Positions 1-10,459 of a stretch of DNA of 64,000 nucleotides are shown here, one piece after another. A model generated the notes under the pieces. The model ran no database searches and was not told the origin of the DNA. It saw nothing but the letters and a program-made list of their open reading frames with translations. The DNA lies in the NCBI GenBank assembly GCA_049965455.1, contig JBMFWH010000001.1:2874-66873 (forward strand), given 5' to 3'. This stretch comes from Thermoplasmata archaeon. Lineage in GTDB: Archaea > Thermoplasmatota > Thermoplasmata > Thermoplasmatales > ARK-15. The translations under genes were made by a program, and so were the position numbers. How positions within the stretch are numbered: the stretch's first letter is position 1; each line of letters begins with the position of its first letter.

Positions 1-887
<887 letters not shown>

Positions 888-1724
888 TCATCGAGAAATC
901 TCATAAATATTCAATTTTTCAGTATTAGTAAAAACAAAATGCTTATTAGAATCGTATATGGCGGAGGATAATATCAAGAACTTTTTTCTATTTTTGTATC
1001 TGTTGCAGAAAGAGTTTAAGAGTCTGTCAATTTTTACGGCATTGTCGATGATCAATGAAACGTCCTGTTTGGATCTCAGCACGTATCCAAAACCATCGGT
1101 ATCTTCCATGATAGCCCTCTTTTTTACGAGTGTCTTGATCGTTTCAAGATCCGGGTAAAAATAGCTCCAGTCTACAAACACCGGCTTTTTTCCATAGTCT
1201 GTAAGTGCGAATATTCGCTCTGGTTGCTTAGCAAACTTGCAATTCTCATTTTTATATTTAAAATCGTCAAGGGTTATGAAAATGTATGTATCAATCAACT
1301 TTGCCCCCAGCTTTCCCGCTAGCTTCTTCGAAGGCTCGTTCCAGTCAAAAATAGACATCCTCACTTTTTTATATTTTTCAAGAACATATGACGTAAGAAC
1401 ACTAGCCACTCCTTTTCTCCTGTATTCAGGATCCACCCTCATCCCCTCCAGCCATGCACTGCCGTCGTTGCAGGGATTGACATTTAATATTGCCACCGGC
1501 CTGTGATCTATCTCGGCAGTGATCATCGATTTTTTCCTGATCCAAGAATCGTAAACAAAGCTGATATAATCATGCTGGGTATCCTCAAGTCCGGTTTCCA
1601 TGCCTTGCCATGTGTTCTTGCAAAATTCCAGGATGCGTGGCTTATCACGCATTGTTGCGTTTCTGATCTTGATCTCTTGCATGGCAATAAACATCAAGAA
1701 ATCTCTAATAAACTTTTCTTGCAT
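888..1724 (-). CDS. GNAT-family N-acetyltransferase with unassigned C-terminal half
   Basis: 278-aa ORF. A GNAT acetyl-CoA loop pattern (RRKGVASVLTSYVLE) lies in the N-terminal half. Confidence 0.55.
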   Translation of the reverse strand: MQEKFIRDFLMFIAMQEIKIRNATMRDKPRILEFCKNTWQGMETGLEDTQHDYISFVYDSWIRKKSMITAEIDHRPVAILNVNPCNDGSAWLEGMRVDPEYRRKGVASVLTSYVLEKYKKVRMSIFDWNEPSKKLAGKLGAKLIDTYIFITLDDFKYKNENCKFAKQPERIFALTDYGKKPVFVDWSYFYPDLETIKTLVKKRAIMEDTDGFGYVLRSKQDVSLIIDNAVKIDRLLNSFCNRYKNRKKFLILSSAIYDSNKHFVFTNTEKLNIYEISR

Positions 1725-1763
1725 TTACCAAAAATTAAAATAAATATTGCACATTTCACTATT

Positions 1764-2165
1764 ATGAACAGCTTCAAGACCAAATACCGGGTTTCATGGG
1801 TGGATACTGACGCGCTCGGAGTCATGCACTTTTCAAATTATTTCAGGGTCTGCGAAAAGGCGGAAGAAGAGTTTACAAACTCGCTAGGAGTATCGTTCAG
1901 CAGCTCTCAAGACATATCTTTTCCGAGAGTGAAGGCCACTTGCGACTATAAATACCCGCTCAGGTTTAACGATATTGCAACCGTAGAGATAAAGATCAAA
2001 GAGCTTGGCAAAAAGCATATCACGTACCATATCGAGATATTCAACGAAACACAACAGAAAGAGGCAGCCAGATGCGAGCTCACGATCGCATCTATAAACC
2101 GTGATTTTTCGCCGATTCCCATACCGCAAGAGTATGTGAAATTGCTGGAAAAATACAGTGTTTGA
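1764..2165 (+). CDS. hotdog-fold acyl-CoA thioesterase (4HBT/YbgC-like)
   Basis: ATG at 1764 inside tracked ORF 1503..2165. N-terminus YRVSWVDTDALGVMHFSNYFR is typical of 4HBT thioesterases. Confidence 0.65.
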   Translation: MNSFKTKYRVSWVDTDALGVMHFSNYFRVCEKAEEEFTNSLGVSFSSSQDISFPRVKATCDYKYPLRFNDIATVEIKIKELGKKHITYHIEIFNETQQKEAARCELTIASINRDFSPIPIPQEYVKLLEKYSV

Positions 2166-2167
2166 AA

Positions 2168-3346
2168 TTAACGTTTTTCGCGCTCGTGCAGCATGTACAT
2201 TACTACCGTGTAAATCAATGATGAAACGGCAGCAGTGACAAAGATTATGGACCATCTATAATACGAAGATACGGTTATGGAAAATATCACGCCACCATAA
2301 AACGGTCCTGCAGCATGGCCAATGCTGGTGAACAGCCCGTAGGTACCCGTGTATTTCCCAATATCCTTTTTCGGTGCCATGTTTATTGCTGATGCAGTCA
2401 CGGTGGCTGAATACACGATCTCTCCTAACGAGATAATGCTCATTGTGAAAAATAACCATATTATAGAAGAGAAGAATGAGAGCATAAAATAGCCGGCACC
2501 GTAAATGAGTATCCCGAATATCATGAAATAATACGCATTTTTCACTTTTGCGAACTTAGCAATATAATACTGTAGTCCCCCCACCATAAACCCGTTCAGG
2601 GCCCATGTAAGCCCTATTATTGAGGTAGAGATACTGTTTATAGTCTCTTCATATATGGGATACGTGCTGTTCAGCTGCCCAAACACCAAAAACGCGATGA
2701 ATCCCGCTATGCTGAACAATAAAAACTTCACATTTAACAGCGTGTTAGAAAGGTCCCTGAACCTGAAAGTGTATCTGGCCTTGTTGGTTTCTGGTATCCT
2801 GTTTATTAATATTACCAGGGATACAAGCATTATTCCAACCAACAGAAAAGAGAATGTATAATAATTCAGCACGTACAAAAATCCGCTTATTGCAGGGCCT
2901 ATACCCCATCCCAGGTTTGCAGTAGCACGCTGCAGAGCATAGCCCCTGAACCGTTCGTTCTCGTCAAGCACGTCCGCGATCATAGCGTTGAAAGATGAGA
3001 ATACCGCACCGCTCGAGATGCTCTGCACTACCAGCGCGCTGATGATCAGGTACAGGTTCCGGTCCATCAGCGCCACGCCCATCACCATGAACATCAATCC
3101 CTGTCCAGCCTGCCCCAGAATCATGATCTTTTTTCTTCCGATCGAGTCTGATATCGCGCCGAAAACTACCTGAAACACCGCACCCGTTACCCCTGCAAAC
3201 AGCATGTACAATCCCGCGATGGCAATGTTAACGTCAAGCTTGGTGGTCAGAAACAACATTAAAAATGACCATAACGCACCGTACGAAAAAGACCTGAAAA
3301 AGCTAGTAGTAGCAACAATCTGCATTACCTGTTTTTTAACGGTCAT
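2168..3346 (-). CDS. MFS transporter
   Basis: 392 aa with about 12 hydrophobic helices. MFS loop motif GAISDSIGRKK. The start overlaps the upstream gene by 4 nt. Confidence 0.75.
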   Translation of the reverse strand: MTVKKQVMQIVATTSFFRSFSYGALWSFLMLFLTTKLDVNIAIAGLYMLFAGVTGAVFQVVFGAISDSIGRKKIMILGQAGQGLMFMVMGVALMDRNLYLIISALVVQSISSGAVFSSFNAMIADVLDENERFRGYALQRATANLGWGIGPAISGFLYVLNYYTFSFLLVGIMLVSLVILINRIPETNKARYTFRFRDLSNTLLNVKFLLFSIAGFIAFLVFGQLNSTYPIYEETINSISTSIIGLTWALNGFMVGGLQYYIAKFAKVKNAYYFMIFGILIYGAGYFMLSFFSSIIWLFFTMSIISLGEIVYSATVTASAINMAPKKDIGKYTGTYGLFTSIGHAAGPFYGGVIFSITVSSYYRWSIIFVTAAVSSLIYTVVMYMLHEREKR

Positions 3347-3696
3347 GGAGGCTCCTTTTCTTCAAGCTGTTTTAAGAGCATAGCACCTTTTTCAGATAAC
3401 ACATAGTAAGTATGATGCGGGTGAGTGGTAACTCTCCTCTTCAATTTTGCATCTTTTTTCTTTAGCATACCGCTGCCTCTCTTGTCAAGATATCCTTTTT
3501 CAAACACCAGCTTCAAAACTTTGCATGCATCTCTCTTATTCAGATCCAGATCACGCCCCAGAGACTTTGCATAATCTGTGCCATACTTTTTAAAGTGCAG
3601 TAGAACCTTGTACAGCAGCTCGTCAGTTATCTCTATCTCTTTATCCAGATGCATCATTACAGCCGGATATATACACGCAAATTTAAGGATTTTCAA
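3343..3696 (-). CDS. small winged-helix-like transcription regulator (tentative)
   Basis: 117 aa, basic, with a helix-rich pattern. It has 4-nt overlaps with both flanking transporter genes. Confidence 0.4.
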   Translation of the reverse strand: MKILKFACIYPAVMMHLDKEIEITDELLYKVLLHFKKYGTDYAKSLGRDLDLNKRDACKVLKLVFEKGYLDKRGSGMLKKKDAKLKRRVTTHPHHTYYVLSEKGAMLLKQLEEKEPP

Positions 3697-4964
3697 ATAT
3701 TCACTATTTTTTCTTTATGTAACGCGTAAAGTATTATTCCTATCGTAATAAGCACCATGCCAAGGTACAGTGCCTGCGTTCCCAGCGCGAACATGATCAA
3801 TGCCGATAATATGATTGAGAGAATCTGAATAGCAGGATATAATGGAGAACGAAAAGGGCCTTTCATCTTTCTCTTCCGTATTACCATCACTGCTAACCCT
3901 GTAAGACTGTACGAAAATATCACCCCGAAGTTCGAGGCCAATGCAATGTATTTCAGGTTTCCAAGAAACAGCGAGAACACTGTTACCGCTCCGATTATCA
4001 AGACCGCCCTCTTTGGAGAATCGCCAGATATGCCACCGATCCATTTTGGAAACATGCCGTCTTCGCTCATCTGCAACAATGTTCTGGATCCTGCCACAAT
4101 CAGGGATATGGTCACGGTCACAGTTGCCAGGATTGCGACAATGCTGATCATCAGTTCTATGACCGGAGAGGCGTGCACATAGGTCAGTGCGTTGGCAAGA
4201 GGATCTGCCGTGATGCCATAATACTGCCAGGGCATCAGTGCCAGCATGCCCACCACTACCAGAATATATAATACCGTGCTGGTCAAGAGCGCAATGATTA
4301 TTGCCTTCGGCACGTTTTTAGCGCCGTCTTTTACCTCGGGCGTGAGCGTGGCAATAGTGTTGAAGCCAGAATAGGCGAAAAATGCCAGTGATGCAGATTC
4401 AACGATGCTCATAGGACTTCTGGGCAGCAAGGGCGTGAACCTTACAGTGTTCCATGAGCCATAAAATACAGAAACTAATATGAATATTACCAGGCCGCCA
4501 ATAGTGATGAACACCAGAAACTGCTCAATCTTCGCAACCAGTTTCAAGCCTACATAATCGATTATTGTAACTGCGAGAATCATGATTATGGATATCGTGA
4601 TGATCATGACATTTGAGGAGATTTGAAACATGGATAAAAGGTACGATGCAAACCCCAGCGCCACGGCAGACGCGGCGATAGAGTACGATATAGCTCTGAG
4701 CCAGCCTACTATGAACCCCAGAGAATCGCCCATCGTCACTTTTACAAATGAGTACAAGCCGCCATGCGTGATGATCTTGGATGAGAGCTCAGCGCTGTTT
4801 AGCGCAACAGTGGCTGCGAGTATTGCCGTTAATATGAACGCAATTATTGCGCCCGGCCCGGCCTGATAGATCACGGTGCCTGCAAGCACGAATATTCCCG
4901 CCCCTATAATATTGCCCAGCCCTATCGCGGTAGCCTGCCACATTGTGATCTTCGGTATTGCCAT
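3693..4964 (-). CDS. APC-family amino acid permease
   Basis: 423 aa with 12 hydrophobic segments. N-terminal GLGNIIGAGIFVLAG motif. It abuts the cobQ stop with no gap. Confidence 0.8.
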   Translation of the reverse strand: MAIPKITMWQATAIGLGNIIGAGIFVLAGTVIYQAGPGAIIAFILTAILAATVALNSAELSSKIITHGGLYSFVKVTMGDSLGFIVGWLRAISYSIAASAVALGFASYLLSMFQISSNVMIITISIIMILAVTIIDYVGLKLVAKIEQFLVFITIGGLVIFILVSVFYGSWNTVRFTPLLPRSPMSIVESASLAFFAYSGFNTIATLTPEVKDGAKNVPKAIIIALLTSTVLYILVVVGMLALMPWQYYGITADPLANALTYVHASPVIELMISIVAILATVTVTISLIVAGSRTLLQMSEDGMFPKWIGGISGDSPKRAVLIIGAVTVFSLFLGNLKYIALASNFGVIFSYSLTGLAVMVIRKRKMKGPFRSPLYPAIQILSIILSALIMFALGTQALYLGMVLITIGIILYALHKEKIVNI

Positions 4965-6410
4965 TTATATCAGTTCATCAATCTTAATGCTCTTTTTCAC
5001 AACTTTTGCCAGATTGTCAATGCTCGCTTCAACGCTTTCAAACTTTATTTTTAAGGGTTTCAGGGACTTTTTTGCCCTGATCATGTTAATTAACATCTCT
5101 GTAAACTCCAGGTTTTCAAACAGCCCATGAAAATATGTGCCTATCACGTTATTTTCATAAGACCCGTCAAATCTTGAAACATGCTTGTTATTTACCCTGT
5201 AAATCTTCGAAAAATGAGTTTTTGAGATGGTAACACCATTATGTATTTCATATCCTTTTATCTTCAAGTTTTCAAATTCTGACGCAATTACGGTTCCGTA
5301 TATCACGTTTGTATGTTTGACTTGGCGAAAAACAGTTTTTGAATCCAGTATCCCGATTCCTGCAACCTTTCCTTTTCTAGATTCTACATTGTCAATTATG
5401 TATTTGCCAAGCATCTGGTACCCGCCACATATGCCCATTATCATCGTTTCATTATTTTTTTCGTCTTTCAAGACCTCTTCAAATCCCCGCTCTTTCAACC
5501 ATGCCAGATCCAGAACCGTAAGCTTTGATCCCGGTACAATGATCAGGTCCGAGCCACTCAAATGCTCTGGGGTATCTACGTATCTCAACCCCACATCATC
5601 AACATGCTCAAAAACATTGAAATCCGTGAAATTAGAGAGGTTCGGGATCTTGATGATAGATATTCTCAGAGATCCTTCTTTTTCGGGCCAGGATCGCAGA
5701 GAGTCTTCGTCAGGTATTGCGTGCGAGATGTATGGTATGGTACCGAGCACAGGAATATGATATTTTTTTTCTAAAAACTCAAATCCGGGATAAAGCAAAG
5801 ATTCATCACCCCTGAACTTGTTTATTATGATTCCTATCATATTTTTTTTATCAATGAGCTCTAGCGTGCCGACAATGCTTGCAAATGCACCGCCACGGTC
5901 TATGTCTGCGACCAGCACGACCTTTGCACCCACAGCATTTGCAAATTTCAGGTTTGCGATGTCATGCGCAAGGTTTATCTCGGCTGGAGATCCGGCACCT
6001 TCAATCACAATTAGTTCATGCTCATTCTGCAGCGTTTCGAACGATTTTAATGCGGTTCTGTAAACATCCTCTTTTTCCGTATTCATATAATTATTTGCTT
6101 TAATAGTCTTATAATGCTTGCCCAGAAGAACTACATGAGTCCTGTCATTTTCAGGTTTTAAGAGTATGGGGTTCATCAATACTGTCGGCTCTACCCTTGC
6201 GGCCAACGCTTGCAGGTACTGTGCATAAGCCATCTCTCCATCCTGCACTGCTATCGCGTTCAAAGACATGTTCTGAACCTTGAAAGGCGCAACGTCGATG
6301 CCAATATCTGAGAATATGCGACACATTGCAGTAACAAGCAACGATTTTCCAGCTCCCGACGCGGTTCCCAGAACCATGATAGGCGCGTATTTTTTCAAAT
6401 TCTCAGCCAC
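4965..6410 (-). CDS. cobQ: cobyric acid synthase
   Basis: 481 aa. P-loop GTASGAGKS at the N-terminus and a glutamine amidotransferase motif ICGGYQMLG in the C-terminal domain. Confidence 0.9.
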   Translation of the reverse strand: MAENLKKYAPIMVLGTASGAGKSLLVTAMCRIFSDIGIDVAPFKVQNMSLNAIAVQDGEMAYAQYLQALAARVEPTVLMNPILLKPENDRTHVVLLGKHYKTIKANNYMNTEKEDVYRTALKSFETLQNEHELIVIEGAGSPAEINLAHDIANLKFANAVGAKVVLVADIDRGGAFASIVGTLELIDKKNMIGIIINKFRGDESLLYPGFEFLEKKYHIPVLGTIPYISHAIPDEDSLRSWPEKEGSLRISIIKIPNLSNFTDFNVFEHVDDVGLRYVDTPEHLSGSDLIIVPGSKLTVLDLAWLKERGFEEVLKDEKNNETMIMGICGGYQMLGKYIIDNVESRKGKVAGIGILDSKTVFRQVKHTNVIYGTVIASEFENLKIKGYEIHNGVTISKTHFSKIYRVNNKHVSRFDGSYENNVIGTYFHGLFENLEFTEMLINMIRAKKSLKPLKIKFESVEASIDNLAKVVKKSIKIDELI

Positions 6411-7369
6411 CTCGGTATCTTTGGCTCAAACTGTTCCAGTTCATCCAATAGCATGCTGTTTTCATTTTTTCTCTTTATTGAAAACCTGATACAGCAATCC
6501 AATCCGAATGAGCTGCAGTTTCTCACAAGCATGTTTTTCTTTTTTAATTTCTCAGTTACGCCAGCTGCATTCTTAACATCCGCAATAAAATAGTTTGCGT
6601 CTGTTTTTAGGTTTAAACGCGTTTCAACTCTTTTTCGCTCTCTTTCAATTTTTGGAAGGGTGGTAGACAGGTACTCTGAATCCTCAACAATAGCCCTGAC
6701 TACAGAGCATCCCAGCGCTCCGATGCTCCATGGCATCCTGAACATCCGTAGCTGCGATGCAATGCCAGGTTCTGTGATTGCATAGCCGGTTCTTATTCCT
6801 GCAATGTTATAGGACTTGGTAAAAGATCGCAGGATGATCATGTTCTCACGGTACTCTTTAACCGGCTTTTCTACAAAGTCTATAAATGCCTCATCCACTA
6901 TCACATAACTATTTTTCTTTGCGCTGTATTCAGCCAGCTCTTTCAAGAACCGGTAATATTTGCCGGTCGGATTGTTGGGATTGGAAAAATAGAGAACCTC
7001 ATTATGTAGTTTCAAGTCTTCAAGTTCAGGATCTGGATTTGTTACATACCGTATTTTCATATCAAACAATTTTGCAATGCGGGCATACTCTCCGTACGTG
7101 CTTTTTAACATTACTGCAGTTTTGCCCTTGAACAAATATGAGGCCATATTCAACAGCTCTGTCACACCTGCACCTATGACCACCTCTCCACCTATCTCAA
7201 ATCTTTTTTTGATCTGTTTTTCCAGAGTGCTCTCACAGTATGGATACCTATCGAAGCTTGCTGATTTTATGGCGTTTTTTAAAAATTTAGGAGCATACGG
7301 ATTGCTTGAATATGAAAAATCCAGGTATTTGTCCTCGCCTTCTCTAGCTCCACCATGATATACTTCCAT
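6395..7369 (-). CDS. cobD: class-II aminotransferase-fold enzyme, probably L-threonine-O-3-phosphate decarboxylase
   Basis: PLP-lysine context RSFTKSYNIAGIRTGY (HisC/CobD family). The gene is embedded in the cobamide operon with overlaps on both sides. Confidence 0.65.
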   Translation of the reverse strand: MEVYHGGAREGEDKYLDFSYSSNPYAPKFLKNAIKSASFDRYPYCESTLEKQIKKRFEIGGEVVIGAGVTELLNMASYLFKGKTAVMLKSTYGEYARIAKLFDMKIRYVTNPDPELEDLKLHNEVLYFSNPNNPTGKYYRFLKELAEYSAKKNSYVIVDEAFIDFVEKPVKEYRENMIILRSFTKSYNIAGIRTGYAITEPGIASQLRMFRMPWSIGALGCSVVRAIVEDSEYLSTTLPKIERERKRVETRLNLKTDANYFIADVKNAAGVTEKLKKKNMLVRNCSSFGLDCCIRFSIKRKNENSMLLDELEQFEPKIPRWLRI

Positions 7370-8237
7370 TTATTATCACCAATATAATAAGTACTATAAA
7401 AACAAAGAGGTATGAGAAAAACGCAATGTATCCAATCGCTTTTTTTATATCATTCATATCAGGATACTTGGCGCCCGGGATCTTATAGTATCCTGGTTTT
7501 TCTAGAGTGAGATTTAACAGTGCTGCAAATCCGGCAATAGAGTACATACCGTTTATCTTCAGTTTCTTGTACGCTCTGTAATTATCCAGCACCCGTCTTT
7601 TTGAATACAGTACCAAAAACGCGCCGAGTATGCGGGCGGGTACGAAGTTCAGCACATCGTCCGCACGCGCTGCAAACTTGCCGAAATACTCATATTTTTC
7701 AGACCTGTACCCGATCATGGCATCGGCAGTGTTTATGATCCTGTATATTACTGCTCCGAATATGCCAAATAGCAAAAAATAGAACATTGGCCCAATCACT
7801 GAATCTACAATGTTTTCTGCGCCAGACTCTATCGCTGCAGAATAAAGGTGCTCATTATCCAAGCTATTTACGTCGCGAGATACGATCATGGAAACATTGT
7901 GCCGGAGCGTTTCAATGTTGTCAGTACTGCATTTTCTAACGTGCCGGATCAGCGCCCCGATCGAAAAAGTGCTTTTTAAAACATAGATGTATATTATGAA
8001 CCGGATCCAGTAATTCGGTATCTTTGTGATAAGGTACAAAAACAACGAGGCAAGCAGTATGGTCACAATGATCAATACAGTTCCATCTGCAAATTCTCTC
8101 ATGTGACCACGCTTTTTTCTTCTCTTATCAAAGAAATTTATGAACTTTCCGATCCATGCTACCGGATGGATGATGTTCGGGTACTCTATGATTAAATCTA
8201 CTAATACTGCAATAACAAAAATCAGATACCAGATCAT
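7344..8237 (-). CDS. cbiB: adenosylcobinamide-phosphate synthase
   Basis: 297-aa membrane protein. CbiB-type motif ARADDVLNFVPARI. Confidence 0.85.
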   Translation of the reverse strand: MIWYLIFVIAVLVDLIIEYPNIIHPVAWIGKFINFFDKRRKKRGHMREFADGTVLIIVTILLASLFLYLITKIPNYWIRFIIYIYVLKSTFSIGALIRHVRKCSTDNIETLRHNVSMIVSRDVNSLDNEHLYSAAIESGAENIVDSVIGPMFYFLLFGIFGAVIYRIINTADAMIGYRSEKYEYFGKFAARADDVLNFVPARILGAFLVLYSKRRVLDNYRAYKKLKINGMYSIAGFAALLNLTLEKPGYYKIPGAKYPDMNDIKKAIGYIAFFSYLFVFIVLIILVIINGSISWWS

Positions 8238-8758
8238 TTTTCCCTGCTCCTTTCTGCCATGATACTATCTGCCCTTTCCAGATCCTCACGAGTATTTATG
8301 TTCAATGCCAATAACGGGTCTTTGAAATAATAGGGCTCATCGTCAATGTTTCCAGGCACCACGATGTTCAAGCCTACGTAATTGATCTTGTTATCAACTA
8401 TTACGACGCTAGCCATGCTGTTTCTGGTATAATGGTCTATCAGCTCATCTATATGGGTAGACTTGACAAACATGCTGTCTCCGCTTAATGTGAGAAACGG
8501 TACCTTGAATCTTGAGATCAAGAGCGCAATGTCCTCGCAGTAACCGTTGCCTTGCGTGTCAAGCAACCGCTCACGGTTTCCAAGATACCGGGCTGTTAAC
8601 GACGCGTTCGGTGAGATGGCAATATAATACTCTGAAACTTTAGAGTTTTGCATGGCTTCGATAGCATACTCTATTACCACCTTTCCATGAACTTTCAATA
8701 CCAGTTTTTCAGAGCCCATCCGGCTGCTCTTTCCACCCGCCATTATAATACCAAGCAT
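8234..8758 (-). CDS. cobY: adenosylcobinamide-phosphate guanylyltransferase (archaeal CobY type)
   Basis: 174 aa. NTP-transferase loop IMAGGKSSRMG. Located between cbiB and cobS. Confidence 0.65.
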   Translation of the reverse strand: MLGIIMAGGKSSRMGSEKLVLKVHGKVVIEYAIEAMQNSKVSEYYIAISPNASLTARYLGNRERLLDTQGNGYCEDIALLISRFKVPFLTLSGDSMFVKSTHIDELIDHYTRNSMASVVIVDNKINYVGLNIVVPGNIDDEPYYFKDPLLALNINTREDLERADSIMAERSREK

Positions 8759-9453
8759 AATATCACCATCGTCACAGCCCTTGCAATCTCATTCATTGCA
8801 CCCAGCCCGTCCCCGTTCAAAAACCCGAAATTCTTTAGTGAGATCCTTAATATTGCGTATGAGACAATAAAGCCTGTGAAAATGAATAAATAATAAAGCT
8901 TCAGGATGGGGACAAACAAAACTGATAATAGCATTGCAATTATGAATATATTAATGTTAAAATGCTCCATAAACTGTCTTGCCAATCCTGATTCCGGCGC
9001 TTTTTTTGATAGCAATCCTCCAAGCATCGAAAACTTGGCAGACAGCTCAGCTACTAAAAAAAAGGCAACGATGTTGAATATCGAATAGTTCAGAACATCA
9101 ATAGCTATAAACTCTGCCAAAAGCACGAATATGATCATGACCACGCCTGCAGTTCCCGTGTTCACATCTTTCAAGGCCTTGATCTTGCTCTCTACTGATC
9201 CTTTTTTCATCACACCATCCGCAAAATCAGAGAGTCCGTCAAGATGAAGTATTCCAGTCATCAGGTATAGAGAAATCAAAGAAAATAATACTGTGAGGAA
9301 ATGAGGCAGAAAATGCTCTGACACTATATATACTATTATCGGCACCAGAGAGATCAAGAACGCTAAAAACGAGATAAAATAGAGTTGTCCAGTAGCTCGA
9401 CTCAGCTCTCCTTTTACCGGTACTCTGGTAAAAAATCCAAATAGATCCAGCAT
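8743..9453 (-). CDS. cobS: adenosylcobinamide-GDP ribazoletransferase (cobalamin synthase)
   Basis: 236-aa polytopic membrane protein with the HLDGLSDFADG motif. Confidence 0.85.
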   Translation of the reverse strand: MLDLFGFFTRVPVKGELSRATGQLYFISFLAFLISLVPIIVYIVSEHFLPHFLTVLFSLISLYLMTGILHLDGLSDFADGVMKKGSVESKIKALKDVNTGTAGVVMIIFVLLAEFIAIDVLNYSIFNIVAFFLVAELSAKFSMLGGLLSKKAPESGLARQFMEHFNINIFIIAMLLSVLFVPILKLYYLFIFTGFIVSYAILRISLKNFGFLNGDGLGAMNEIARAVTMVILCLVL

Positions 9454-9499
9454 TGCAAAAACTTAAAATACACTTTACATATATCAACTTTGCTTAAAT

Positions 9500-10459
9500 A
9501 TGTTATTCTTGCTCGTCATATCCAATACCAATGTTGCGGAGATACCAGGTATCACAGTTGCGGGCGAAAATCCGGAGATCGTGAAATATACGCCTCCCGC
9601 AGATGCAGAGTACCTTTTTTATGAGCGACCTTTATGCATAGATACAGTACCTGTAACCCCTGCCGGACACCCAACGCCTGGCATAATTACCAAGGCTGTA
9701 AGAGAACTCGTGAACATGCCCGTGATGGTTGTAAGGGCCGGCTCTATAATAGCTCCGAACCTGCCGTATATCCATATTACTGACCGGCATGGAGAAAACA
9801 TTGTGAACGAAACTGCCATAAAAGATATTGAGGTAATAATGAACAATGCCAGAATACTGGCAAGGCAGGTTCACCAGAGCGAGATCATGATAGCAGAGAG
9901 CATACCGGGTGGCACCACTACTGCACAGGCGGTATTGACTGCGCTGGGATACGATGCGCAGGTTTCTTCGGCAGACATTGAAAATCCGATAAGTCTGAAA
10001 AAAGAGGTTGTAGAGAAAGCAATGTCCAGAATAAAGTTTCCAGTAACATGGAAAACTGTACTGAAAGAGCTTGGAGATCCCATGATGGCGTTTATCAACG
10101 GCTTTGTTCCTGAATTTGAAGGTGCTGTATACCTAGCCGGAGGAACCCAGATGCTTGCAGTGGCAGCATTGTTGAAAGAGCAGGGCATAAAAGTGAAAAA
10201 GATCGCAACTACCCGATACATCACAGAAGACAGGCTTTCATCATTTAAAAAAACTGCAGCTGAGATCGGAGCAGAGTATTATTCAGCACCATTAAATTTT
10301 TCTGGATCTAAGTATAAAGGATTGAGAGACTATGAATCTGGAATGGTGAAAGAAGGTGTGGGCGCGGGAGGCGCAGTATATCTTGCCGAAAAGAACGGGA
10401 TAGGCGTCAGCAAGATAACTGAAAGAGTAGAGAAGCTTTATTCTAAGTTTCTCAGATAA
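9500..10459 (+). CDS. cobT: archaeal-type nicotinate-nucleotide--dimethylbenzimidazole phosphoribosyltransferase (UPF0284 family)
   Basis: 319 aa. ESIPGGTTTA motif recalled from the archaeal CobT/UPF0284 family. Divergent from the cob operon. Confidence 0.6.
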   Translation: MLFLLVISNTNVAEIPGITVAGENPEIVKYTPPADAEYLFYERPLCIDTVPVTPAGHPTPGIITKAVRELVNMPVMVVRAGSIIAPNLPYIHITDRHGENIVNETAIKDIEVIMNNARILARQVHQSEIMIAESIPGGTTTAQAVLTALGYDAQVSSADIENPISLKKEVVEKAMSRIKFPVTWKTVLKELGDPMMAFINGFVPEFEGAVYLAGGTQMLAVAALLKEQGIKVKKIATTRYITEDRLSSFKKTAAEIGAEYYSAPLNFSGSKYKGLRDYESGMVKEGVGAGGAVYLAEKNGIGVSKITERVEKLYSKFLR

